A DNA stretch of 64,000 nucleotides, taken from contig JAHDYR010000017.1 of NCBI GenBank assembly GCA_019828565.1, positions 249,361-313,360 of the forward strand, read 5' to 3'. Below, one piece after another: positions 1-10,163 of the stretch. Positions within the stretch are counted from its first letter, which is position 1; each line of letters begins with the position of its first letter. Source of the DNA: Carpediemonas membranifera BICM. Its lineage: Eukaryota; Protista; Fornicata. The position numbers were made by a program, and so were the translations under genes. Under the pieces are notes generated by a model. It worked only from the letters and a program-made list of their open reading frames with translations. It was not told the origin of the DNA and ran no database searches.

Positions 1-1490
1 GTTCCAGAAAGATCTCTTGAGCCAGACACTCTGGGCAGATTGGAGAAGGCCATCGAGGCTCTCTATATGGCAAGAGAGTACCGATCCGGAACACCGGCCA
101 AGTCACATCATTTGACCAGGTGATCCTCCTTGGTGATCATCCTGCTATGGCCCAAGATGATCTCGGTCAAGACAGGGCAAAGCACTACTACCCTTCGCCT
201 TTCAGCTCCGTTCGGGTGACCGACAAGGCTCTTCGCTCCAATTGCAAACACCAACAGGGTCACCCTAGCCGACGTGGTACGCTTCAAGAAGGCCTTCTCG
301 GAACTTGTTGCTGATAGACACCGCACCTCTGATCCGTTTTGCACTTTATGGCGACTTTCACCTTGGCACTGACCACCCTGTCATCTTCGCGAAGACTGGA
401 AGAGTCTGACCGAGTGATTCCTCTGGATCGCATTGTCCTCTGTCCTCCCATCATGCACGATTCGCACAACCTGCTGGAGCAAGTCGCTGCGATGTGCAAT
501 CAGTTCAAGCGCTACTCATTGCGCGGGCGTGATCAAGCTACCGTGCTCAGGAACCGTGATCTCAACCATAAGCTGCTTCGCGCATGTCCACGGGGACCAG
601 TGTTGATCGCACTACCGGGTGCAATGAGCAGTCCGCAGCCAGGGTCCGCATGGCAAATCTCGTCAGAGAGGACTATATCGCCCTTCCAGAGCCAGTCCAA
701 GATATAATGCGCCTTATCGGATATCTCCAGGCGTTGTACTACCTCCGACTGTCAAACCGACCGACTCAGTAGTATCATTTTCATTTCCTTGCTGCAGGCA
801 TGTGTCACCTCTTCCACGTGACTATGGCTCTTCAGCAGACTGACAGCTCATCTCTCAAGATACTGCCTCCCAGCCTTGTGGACAAGGTCTCGGTAAGCGC
901 ACAAACATTATACGTCAGCACCCGACTCACCGCTCAGCCGCTAAGCTACCAACACTTGATGATTCCGATGTTCTATCTTCTCGGAGGAATACTTTTGGGG
1001 AGGGACTTCATCAAGAATCAGATGGCAAAAGTCTGCTGAACGTCGTAAGGCTATTCTCGAGAAGGTAATACTCACGGAGCAGGCATCTATGGCTCATATC
1101 CTGGTGACAGATAACCGATCTCCCCGGCAGACAGGATTACGGAGTGCCAAGGCTTGACAACCTTCGGCGGGTTCGCATTCACTGCTGCTGTCTTGAGTCA
1201 GAGCAGTGGATGAGCATACGGGAGGACACGCAGCAGGAGTACACGCCCAGTAGATCTCATCTTGACCAGTTTTCCGGCTTATTCAGGACATTTTCGGGTT
1301 CATCACAACTCACACGTCGCTTGAGTGGGAAGAAGACTATATGGAGTGCGTGCTGTCTGAAGATGATGACGGGGTTGAGCTTCTTTGCTGTCTATGCCGT
1401 GAGTAGAGATAGAAAAGCTGAGATTGTAAAAAGCATGATTGATGAGAATACATTTCGCTTGCCGGGAAAGATAATGCGCCCATAATACTT
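1..1490 (+). pseudogene. Frameshifted DDE transposase (CMC/Transib-like), paralogue of the 34636-37002 protein; 5' part lies outside the window
   Basis: Fragments LLGDHPAM..YYPSPFS, IVLCPPIMHDSH, RTTGCNEQS..YLQALYY and FYLL/EEYF/GRDF align in order with LADHKAM..YSRSPFS, IVCPPVMHVSH, RTTGCNEQS..HLQALLY and FNLLEEYFERDF of the 788-aa ORF. Confidence 0.8.
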
Positions 1491-1778
1491 GCCTGACCCC
1501 TACTCGTCGAATAAGTCGTGAATTGACTTCAATTCGTTTTGTGCCACTCATGGTGGCACAAATGCAGTTTGCGAAATCTGTGTGAAAAATTTCAGCAGAA
1601 GCGTGAAACATGCCTAACGACGACTGGAAGAACACGATATTGGCCATGGATGGCTTTGTCACCTAGTATATGTACTACTGGACGACAACAGCCAGTATGT
1701 GCACAGCGTACTGTCCTTCCCTGTCGTCATTTCATGTTACGGAAATGCTCAGTGCCATTGAACTGAACAACACCCTGT

Positions 1779-2213
1779 ATGACCCACCCCAAGCTCTTAC
1801 ATAGCATGATCGCCATTGTCAGCACCACCACCAACGACATCGTCTCTATGCTGCTCATGGTACAGGAGGGCATTTCGGGTGTGCCGAACTTCAAGAGTAA
1901 GTACGTCGTTACTCTTGGCACGAAGGTGGCCCACCGAGGCAAGGGATATGCGTCAATCCTGCTCGCTGTTGCGTCTGCCGGCGCCAAGCTCAGGCTCCAG
2001 TGTGATGAGACTGTCCTGGAGTTCTACAAGGAGCTTGGATTCGTGACATCGCTACCTGCAGCGGAATTGGAGTCTATCGAGGATACCTCCAGCCCGAGCT
2101 ACACGTTGGAGGCAGCGCTCTCTGGCACCAAGTGGGAGGCTTTTGGGTCAGTCTCTTGCCGACTGTGTTGGGTGTGTGAGGGAGATCACCACATTTCTCC
2201 ACAGCGCGGGTGA
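1779..2213 (+). CDS. GNAT-family acetyltransferase (ends uncertain)
   Basis: YVVTLGTKVAHRGKGYASILL matches the acetyl-CoA-binding R/QxxGxG/A motif A; VLEFYKELGF matches the FYxxxGF motif B. Confidence 0.8.
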   Translation: MTHPKLLHSMIAIVSTTTNDIVSMLLMVQEGISGVPNFKSKYVVTLGTKVAHRGKGYASILLAVASAGAKLRLQCDETVLEFYKELGFVTSLPAAELESIEDTSSPSYTLEAALSGTKWEAFGSVSCRLCWVCEGDHHISPQRG

Positions 2214-2596
2214 CGCTTATCGGCGTCGTCAGGGCTTGCGGCACCTCATTTCCCCACCCCCAGCCTTCCAATGATCCTGCCTCATCTCGCCGACAACCCG
2301 CCCCAACCCACCCCATGCCCGAAAGCCCGAACGAGTACATCACACTGACTCAGACGGAGGATGACTTGACGATGGCAATGAAGAAGAAGCTCAAGTCGAT
2401 CAAGGAGGCGAGCAAGCAAAAAGTCCACAAACACCACGAGAAGCACCCAGCGGAAGATGATCCTCAAGCATATCGAGGAGGGTCACCTCGTCTTCGTTAT
2501 CAAGATGGCTGCTCTCCGGTCTTACTACAGATCGCACGCAGATCGCAAGAAAGATAACTACTGGGAAGCCGCGTGGAATATTGAGTATGAGTAAAA
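2210..2596 (+). CDS. Hypothetical Lys-rich protein, frameshifted (may continue the GNAT gene)
   Basis: ORF 2210-2557 plus a coding-like continuation in another frame (KMILKHIEEGHLVFV..WNIEYE*). Confidence 0.35.
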
Positions 2597-2656
2597 GTCA
2601 CATGATGATTTAATCAGTCTCTGGGGTCTGCTTAGTAGACTGGATCATGTAGAACA

Positions 2657-3367
2657 TCATGATCGTCTCGTAGATCTTGCGACGTATGGCATCGCGCCGC
2701 TCCGCCTCCACACGCTTCCGGTTCTGCGCGACAATGATATCACCGAGCTCCTCCACGGAAGAATAGGACCTCTTCGGGACCAGTGTGGGTCGCTTGAAGA
2801 TCTCAGTGGCGTCGGAGGACTGGGTGTTGGCATGGAGGATGTGCCGGATCGTCTCCCGTGGGGATGTCGAGCTGAGAAGACACGAACTGGTGCACCTCCT
2901 CCCTCAGGCCAGCGGGAATCTTGAGGAAAAAGATCCCTGTGCGACTTAACGCAGGCCATGAGGGGGTCATCAGGGCGAAGCTCGTCTTCGTCGTCGCCGT
3001 CGAGGCTGACCAGAGCCGCAAAACGCTTCAGGGTGCCATTATCGCCATCTCCGGTGTAGGCCGCCTCAATATCCCTCACGGTGGCGTGCCTGTAATCGTT
3101 GTTGTCGCGGGCTGACGTGGGATTCAGGTCACGGACGTCCTGGTCGCGCCCCAGGTTGTTTGCCTCCGTCACGATCTTGTTTGCCCTCTCAATCTCGCCC
3201 GGATCCTCGAGAGAGTTGATGAAGGATTGGACAAGGTCCAATGCAGCCATAGTGATCTTGCGCTGCTTCTTCGACAAGTTCAACTGCTTCTGGTTGCGAG
3301 CACCAAGCTTCCTTCTCTGCGCGTTAGGCCTTTTCGGCACTCTTGCCTTCGGATTACTCCTTGCCAT
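2657..3367 (-). CDS. Hypothetical protein with basic N-terminus (NLS-like); probable frameshift near 2900
   Basis: ATG-initiated 236-aa ORF preceded by AT-rich intergenic DNA; no recognised domain. Confidence 0.55.
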   Translation of the reverse strand: MARSNPKARVPKRPNAQRRKLGARNQKQLNLSKKQRKITMAALDLVQSFINSLEDPGEIERANKIVTEANNLGRDQDVRDLNPTSARDNNDYRHATVRDIEAAYTGDGDNGTLKRFAALVSLDGDDEDELRPDDPLMACVKSHRDLFPQDSRWPEGGGAPVRVFSARHPHGRRSGTSSMPTPSPPTPLRSSSDPHWSRRGPILPWRSSVISLSRRTGSVWRRSGAMPYVARSTRRS

Positions 3368-3725
3368 GATTGTTTCCTTTAAAATGCGCGTGAAATCTCA
3401 GTGAAATTTTGCACTTTAGGGAAACAACTGCGAAACATCAGGGCAAAGTGATGATGAAGAACAAGTAGCGCCATTACAACAGCATGTAACGGGTTTATAG
3501 CATGCATATGATCCATTCTGATGCCTTTTATCCTCTATAACCAACATAAGTCCATCAAAATGAATCTTGCAACAGAGTACTCATCCACACGCATCGAGAA
3601 CGAAAAATAAGCATATAACCAACATCAACAACCTAATAGAAGGCTGCATGCAAGCGTAGAGCTCTCCTAGTCGATTCTTCATTTTCACAAGCATCGATCT
3701 CCACGTCCTGATGAAACCGTGCTTT

Positions 3726-3883
3726 AAAAGCTCAGAGATGCCGTTATAGATGATATAACGACGTCTCTGAGCTTTTCAGCGATTTCAGTTTCTGGCCACC
3801 TCCAAGTTCGGCTCTGCGAAAATAACAGTGCATTGCACTATAAGTCATACATTTGGAATACAGCAATGCACTGTTATTTTCGC
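3726..3883. repeat. Two adjacent long inverted repeats in a divergent intergenic region
   Basis: 3726-3748/3754-3776 match at 21/23 bp with a 5-nt loop; GCGAAAATAACAGTGCATTGC at 3816-3836/3863-3883 is a perfect 21-bp pair. Confidence 0.85.
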
Positions 3884-4336
3884 CAAAACCACGCTGACCT
3901 ACCATTGTCCATGGGCTTGACGGGGTGATCTTCTCGGCTTGGATTTGGCTGAAACTTGGTATATGTGTAGTATTTGATATGTTAGGACGGATCCAAGATT
4001 TTTTACATATCGTTCGAGTCTATTTACCGAGATATACGTAAAGCAAAATTAGGGTTGAGTCTATTCTGGCTGAAAAGCGGTATGGTGGGTTCTCTGACTG
4101 TCTGAACACGGCTCCAGAAGTTTTACGTGATGAATTGGCATATTTATATTGCTTTGCGTAAACAGAAAATTTTGACAGTACCTACAATCAACTACCTGCA
4201 TATACATGCTATAAACATGCTTAAAATGCCTTCAGTCGCACGTGCTATATACTAAAGCTCTTCCTGCATCTTATTTCGACAGAACAAAATATTCACTGTG
4301 AAAATAACACTGCATTGCTGTGAAATTTTGGAAAAG

Positions 4337-5943
4337 ATGCTAGATATCACTATTCTACGCAGCTGGATTCGTGAGCATCATGAGAAGACCGTTAGGATTG
4401 CTTTTGCTGCACCTGGTCAAGAGCGTAAGGCTATTCGAGCAGATAAGAGTATGTTCGAGAGATGGTTCGCACTCCGGACGAATAAGAGCCGATTGGAGTA
4501 CCTCAAGGAGCACAACGTGATAACGAAGACAGCCCTGAGATGCGCGCTGGTCGACCACATCGTCATTGACGAGATTCGTGATGTGTTTGGTCTCGCTGGC
4601 CGAGTTTCACTAATGGATCTCATCAACAAGGCTTCCCTTCCCGAGCTCATGGCCATTAGTGACGACCTTGCCCGGCCCGAGCTGTCTAAGGTTCCTGCAG
4701 GCTTGTTTATGGAGGATGATCAGGTTGAAATCGTGCGGAAGCAGTTTGTTGACCACTACACCGGATCAGCGATCACCTTTGAGGATAACCGCGAGGCTGT
4801 CATGCCGTCACATCGTGGCTCTATTCATCTAGAAGGAACAGGCCGTCTCTTTCTTCCAGATCAAGTCAACCTGATCCTTCGCGCTCTCTTCGTCGCCCCT
4901 GAGGGCACTGTCGAGGCCCGCCGCGTGCATGCCCCCTACGAGGACATTCTTTCTGGTTGCAAGAATGATCCGGGAAGCGATGTGACATCAGCCCAGCTTG
5001 AGCGGTTGCGTCGAGATGTTGCCAAGGCAGCCGCCGAAGCTATTCAGGCAAGGAATGACCGCGAGGAAGCCATACACTCGCTTGAACTCGTTACTGCATC
5101 CTATGCGCAAGATACAGGGCATGCCTATGTGACACCACCCGCCAGCGACGCCGTGGAATTTTCCGACACTGACGAGGACGAGTGTCCGATGGCCACTCTG
5201 AACCGGCCGCCATGCATGGTGACGGCGTTCCGTTGCCCCAGACTGATCAAGACGTCGACGTAGAGTCCGATGTGGACGACACAGACACCGTTGGTTCTCT
5301 CCTTCAGCAGCTAGACGACACCAGTGCAGGCCTTGATGATGTACCCGAGTCTGTGCGCTTGTTGGAGCAGTACGAGCCCTTGATGAAACGGCTTGCTGAG
5401 GAGAGGGAGGCGAGGGAGGCGCTTGAACAGGCTAACAGAGATTCTGAGGAGTCCCAGAAGAGACTTGAAGCTGAGTTAGGTCAGCAGAAGGCCGAGGATC
5501 AGGCGATCCATCAGTTTACTCAAGAAGAGTTGGCACGGGCGAGTGAGGCTGGGCTTGAAGCGCTCGCCGATGAACTCGAGGACAACTGGGCTGAGCTTGT
5601 CAGGCGCGCCGAGGAGGCAACAGTGGAGCTTGACCGCTACGTTCCTCTCGCTGCCTTGATGGTACTGTTCCAGAGGAACAATGTGACTGGAGCCTTATGG
5701 ACTCGGATCAATAGCACCATGATGAGGTACGGGGGCCAGAAGTTCATAACGGTCCCACCCCTCGACCTCGGTCTGTCGCCAGAGATGAAGGCTATCATCA
5801 ACCAGCACTCTCCGGCGGTCGACCTGCCGCCAGATATGAGCAGCAAGGAGCACTCATCTCCTGCCGATGTTACTCCTATGCATATATTCCTACGTCGCGA
5901 TGGTAAGAGCAAGGCCCGTGCGACGACTTCGGAGAAACTCTAA
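4337..5943 (+). CDS. Hypothetical acidic/coiled-coil protein, probably one gene split into ORFs 4298-5263 and 5182-5943
   Basis: Two long overlapping same-strand ORFs; first ATG at 4337; E/Q/A-rich heptad-like segment at 5370-5630. Confidence 0.55.
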
Positions 5944-5971
5944 GAGAGTAAAGTGATTGATCAGACATGAT

Positions 5972-6745
5972 TTACTTCTTCTTCTTAATTCCCGCGCGCT
6001 GAGGTTGACGTAAACTGGGATACATCCTCTTCAAGTTGGAGATGTACCGCTTGTCAGTCATTTCGAGGGCCCGAAAGTGAGCCACTTCGACTTTCTTGAC
6101 CTCCGAATCCTTCCAGTAGTCCTCCTGATAGTCAATGCGAAGGAACTCATCCTTCTCGATGCGCTTATTGGCATACACACCAAGAACAGGGAGGCCGCAG
6201 AGCACGCCCTCGCTGCATACACAGTTATAGTCATCGCTGTGATTGATCAGGTGGACTCCACTGGCGTAGGATAGCTCAGTGGAGTCCACACGCACCTTGT
6301 TCCAAAAGGAGATTCTATGTAAAATGAAATAAAGGGTAACAAACACCATCGACGTGTTGCTGGCGAGGTATTCTTCCTCTGAGAGGAGCTGGCCACAGTA
6401 GACGCCGAGGAAGGTCCCCTCTTTGACCTCCTGGACAGCCATCATCCCTCTGCCAACATGCCCAGTCTCGGCGTCACGGGCTGGTTGCTCCTTAACGACC
6501 TCGAGGAAGGGAGCGCAGCAAGACTCGGCCGCCGGCAGCCAGTCAGGCATCACATAGACGCGGGTGATGCCGTGACACTTCTTCCGGAGATCGGATATCT
6601 CCTCATCAGTGGCACCTGGGTAAATTCGATGGACAACGTCCTGCGGGAGCGTCATCGGATCATCAAGCTGCTCGCTAGCATCAGCAGATGCGCTTGAATT
6701 GTCGCTGTCGATCGGGGGATGAGCTGGTGCCTTACTACGTGCCAT
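5972..6745 (-). CDS. SET-domain lysine methyltransferase
   Basis: GRGMMAVQEVKEGTFLGVYCGQLL, LINHSDDYNC and YANKRIEKDEFLRIDY correspond to the GxG, RFINHSCxPN and ELxxDY SET motifs; likely start MARSK at 6745. Confidence 0.9.
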   Translation of the reverse strand: MARSKAPAHPPIDSDNSSASADASEQLDDPMTLPQDVVHRIYPGATDEEISDLRKKCHGITRVYVMPDWLPAAESCCAPFLEVVKEQPARDAETGHVGRGMMAVQEVKEGTFLGVYCGQLLSEEEYLASNTSMVFVTLYFILHRISFWNKVRVDSTELSYASGVHLINHSDDYNCVCSEGVLCGLPVLGVYANKRIEKDEFLRIDYQEDYWKDSEVKKVEVAHFRALEMTDKRYISNLKRMYPSLRQPQRAGIKKKK

Positions 6746-6957
6746 TGAAGTCCTCTCGTTATGCGAAAAAGCCAATTTTCGCAAAAACATCTTGTGAAAA
6801 TATCGCGAAAGTTTCTGAAACACTGCTAAACGCCTATTGCTGACGTACACATGAATGGGAATGGATTTATGCGAAAGATGAAACAACATATTCCAGGTTG
6901 TTATAGGCCAAAACTTCAGCTATCAGGCCGTACTGTGCTTGTGCCAATTTTTTTTTC

Positions 6958-8037
6958 ATGGTGGCACATTCTGAAATTTGTGAAATGAGCGAAGAACTGC
7001 CGCTTGTGTTCAATGAGAACGCTGTAAGAGCCGTAGAAGGCTCTGATAAGGTGCTTGAGTGTGTTTGCGGCAAAAGAGACAAGCGTCGCGGCTATCGAGG
7101 AATTGGTATCCTCCCTCATCACCCTCCGGACAGCTTGACAAGGTTCCACTCCTGCCCGCTCACTCTGGACAACCTTGTCAACCGTCGCGTGCTCGTTGTT
7201 CTTGAGCCAGAGAACGGGTTCGCCTCCTCTCGCGACTCATTCGCCGTGTTCCACCTTGAGCACATGCCAGACGCGGCAGGGTACCATGTCAAGCTCAAGA
7301 CGATCCTTGAGACCATGGGTGACCAGTACCTCACAATCGAGGCCGTGTCGTTCTCCTCGACAGCAGATTTGGTTTCCAAATTGAGGACCCTGGCCGATCT
7401 TTACGCCAACTTCGACACGTATTGGGTCATTTCTGGCCATACGGAGACTAGTACTTCTCGCTTGGTCATTGATGCGGCCACAAACGATGCCCTGTTCCTC
7501 CACAACTTTGTGGAGTTGATCACGGCCGCATTCAAGGAGCCTACAGTCGTCGATCAAACACGTGTGCGTATGATTTACTTCGCCACGTGTACTAGAGATA
7601 ACGACACGGCCGAGACAACCGAGCTGATGAAGACGATTTCGACGAAACCGTACAGGCACACCTGCATCATCCTCACTCCAGAGCAGGTACTGGCCAATGA
7701 GCTCCACCTGCAAGACTGCTTCTGGATTTATCGTACGCTGTGCATGGACAACCCCCTGCTGTTTCTGTCGAGGTACTTCTCAGGCTACCGCAACGCGCCG
7801 GGGGCTGCTGGGAGACGGCTGATTGCAAATGGCTCATTAAGTAGCTGCAATGCGCCGATGCAGATCCTGGGTCCGACCAAGTATGTATCTTCTCTGCCTC
7901 TACCGTCTATTCGTGACCACTGTACCGGCATTACCGACTACAAACCACTGGAAACAAACCCTTCCACTGTTCTAGATGAGCGGTTCATCACTCAAATGAC
8001 GCAGAGACACGCACATGCCACTCGCACGATCCATTAA
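6958..8037 (+). CDS. Putative caspase-hemoglobinase-fold (CHAT-like) cysteine peptidase
   Basis: YWVISGH followed about 50 aa later by RMIYFATC, the strand-SGH / strand-xxC arrangement of the His-Cys dyad of CHAT/caspase/separase proteases. Confidence 0.5.
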   Translation: MVAHSEICEMSEELPLVFNENAVRAVEGSDKVLECVCGKRDKRRGYRGIGILPHHPPDSLTRFHSCPLTLDNLVNRRVLVVLEPENGFASSRDSFAVFHLEHMPDAAGYHVKLKTILETMGDQYLTIEAVSFSSTADLVSKLRTLADLYANFDTYWVISGHTETSTSRLVIDAATNDALFLHNFVELITAAFKEPTVVDQTRVRMIYFATCTRDNDTAETTELMKTISTKPYRHTCIILTPEQVLANELHLQDCFWIYRTLCMDNPLLFLSRYFSGYRNAPGAAGRRLIANGSLSSCNAPMQILGPTKYVSSLPLPSIRDHCTGITDYKPLETNPSTVLDERFITQMTQRHAHATRTIH

Positions 8038-8051
8038 AGTTCTACACTTGT

Positions 8052-9160
8052 TTACCACTTCATTTTGACCACATGATCGTCATAGACGCTTCTGCACATC
8101 TTACACAGGCGAATCGTGAACACTCTTTGATCAAGCCTTGCCTCTAGTTCAGTTATGTGGGTCGGGCACATCCACTTGAGGCAGGCATAGCATGACATCA
8201 GTTCGCTGGTCTTCTTCTGAGTCTTGTGATCACTTGTGCACGCTTCGCACCGGTTCTTCGACTGCTTGCAGCATGGGCACTGGACCTTAGACCCAGCTTT
8301 GCCAGGTCTGTGGCAATGCTTGTGCATGAAACGCTTGCAAGAGCTGCAAGTTACAAAGTCGCGGACATTTGGATTCCACCACCAGTCGGGAGCACGGCAC
8401 ACGACGCAGGCATATATCAGCGATCTCTGGTAGAGAGTAGCCAGAGAGTGTACGTCGGAGGGGGGCTGATCGGACTCGGAGATGGGTTCCGTGTGACTCT
8501 GGCCGAACTTATTACTGATACGCTTGATGACAGCGGCCGAAACTATCTCAGCAAGCATTTCTGGATCAAGTCGGGCTCGTTTGGCCGCGGTCTCCACCTC
8601 ATCCAGACGAAGTTCAAGCCTTCGGCGAGCAGTCGTGACCAGAGCTTCATCCTCGTCTGAGATCTCGTACTCCATGATCTGAGATAGCTTCGTTTCCTGG
8701 CGAGCAGATGGTAGCTCGGCCTTGATCGAGAGGAGGGGGTGGAACCAGAAGAAATGGGAGGAACGGCGGACGGATCAGGATCATTCTTGGCTCTGGGCGG
8801 ACGATAAGTGACAAGCGTGGGCCAGGTGATGCCCTCAAGCTGAACTTGATTTGATACGTCAGGCTTGTCGATCGCCTTCAGTATGCTAGCGAGCTGAGCG
8901 CGGAAGCTACTGAGCTGAGGTTGACTGGCAAGACAAAGCCTGTGCGCTACGCCGTTATTGACCTCCTCTGTTCCAAAATGGTCGTTTTGGAAGGTCTTGA
9001 TTGCGGCAATCGCTGCGTGCGAGGTCCTATCGGCGAACAGATAGCCCTTGATATCTGGGACCAGTTTCAGAAGGCGTTCCTGAATAATGCGCAGGCATTG
9101 GTGCATGTCGGCCGTGGAAAGACCCATGCCGCTGGTGACCGTCGTGTCAAAAAAATGCAT
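8052..9160 (-). CDS. PHD-finger protein with a second Cys/His finger (ORFs 8543-9160 and 8052-8675, probably one gene)
   Basis: CVVC..CSSCKRFMHKHC..CPCC is a C4HC3 PHD, followed by CEAC..CYACLKWMCPTH..CKMC; same architecture as 39723-40463. Confidence 0.75.
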
Positions 9161-9762
9161 TGAGGTATGCCGAATAAAGATTGGCCCGGAAATACCTTGG
9201 CTTATCTCCTGTTACGCGTTTAGCTGCCGCAGGTTCTTGTATTACAGGAATGTCCATCCGCGAAATTCTGACATAAACTGCGAATTTCACCAAATGGAAC
9301 TGCGGCGCGGAGGCATCAATGTTACTGAATTAACAGTAAAGAACATGTATGAAGTGTGTAAGATAGAAGAAAGTCTCAAAAAGATCCGCGAAAACAATTT
9401 TCAAGCCAAATTGGACATTTCTTTAGACGACACAGTCTCTGACATGTTTTTGGCCATCGAAAATCTCCGAAAGAAGCTTGTGCTTGTGCTACATAACTCT
9501 GATGTTTGATAAATGGACAATTCAATTGAAAAAAGTTGCGTTTAGATTGTTGAAACTCTTAACGCTTGAAACATGGTTGTATGAGCCTGATTGGTCACAT
9601 TAAGCGCCTCAAGCTGCTTCAGCACAATCTCTTTCACGTTCTCGCATGAAAATGAGAAAGAGATTGTGCTGAATCTGTGTTGAACCGTTGTTTTGTGACA
9701 ATTCATGACAATTTGAAGCAATCAACGCAAAATTATGTAACAAAAACACATCAGATGATCGT

Positions 9763-10092
9763 TTAATGCTGTACCACAGGTGTTACATCATCATCTGATC
9801 CATGGTAGTGCGGAGACTCTTGACTCAGTGGAGAATGGTGGCCAGGAGAAGAAGGCGGACTGCCAACGGGCGTGGCAGAGGCTGAAGACGACGGCTGAGT
9901 GGGAGCAGGTTGGGTGGGGGGTGGCGTTGACGACGAAGAGGTGGATGGAGACGGGCACGGAGATGGATACGGCGAGCTGTACGGCATACGCCTTACTGGA
10001 AGCGGCATCTCCGGCCACTTGACGAACCTGCACCGCCGGGCAGTTAAATCTTGAGGCCTCTTCTTGATCTGCCTTGGTTTCGTCCTTGGCAT
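9763..10092 (-). CDS. Small basic, Ser/Pro-rich protein (MPRTKPRQIKKR..)
   Basis: ATG at 10092; GC-rich coding-like island between AT-rich spacers; low complexity. Confidence 0.4.
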   Translation of the reverse strand: MPRTKPRQIKKRPQDLTARRCRFVKWPEMPLPVRRMPYSSPYPSPCPSPSTSSSSTPPPTQPAPTQPSSSASATPVGSPPSSPGHHSPLSQESPHYHGSDDDVTPVVQH

Positions 10093-10163
10093 CGCTCTGT
10101 GCAGAATTAGCCACAGTTTTTCACACAATTTTCACACAAAATTTACACGTTTTCAAATAATCT

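Noticed and set aside
3707-3790. CTGATGA followed by a stem, as a hammerhead ribozyme
   Set aside because: No GAAA core after the stem and no stem I/III pairing found.
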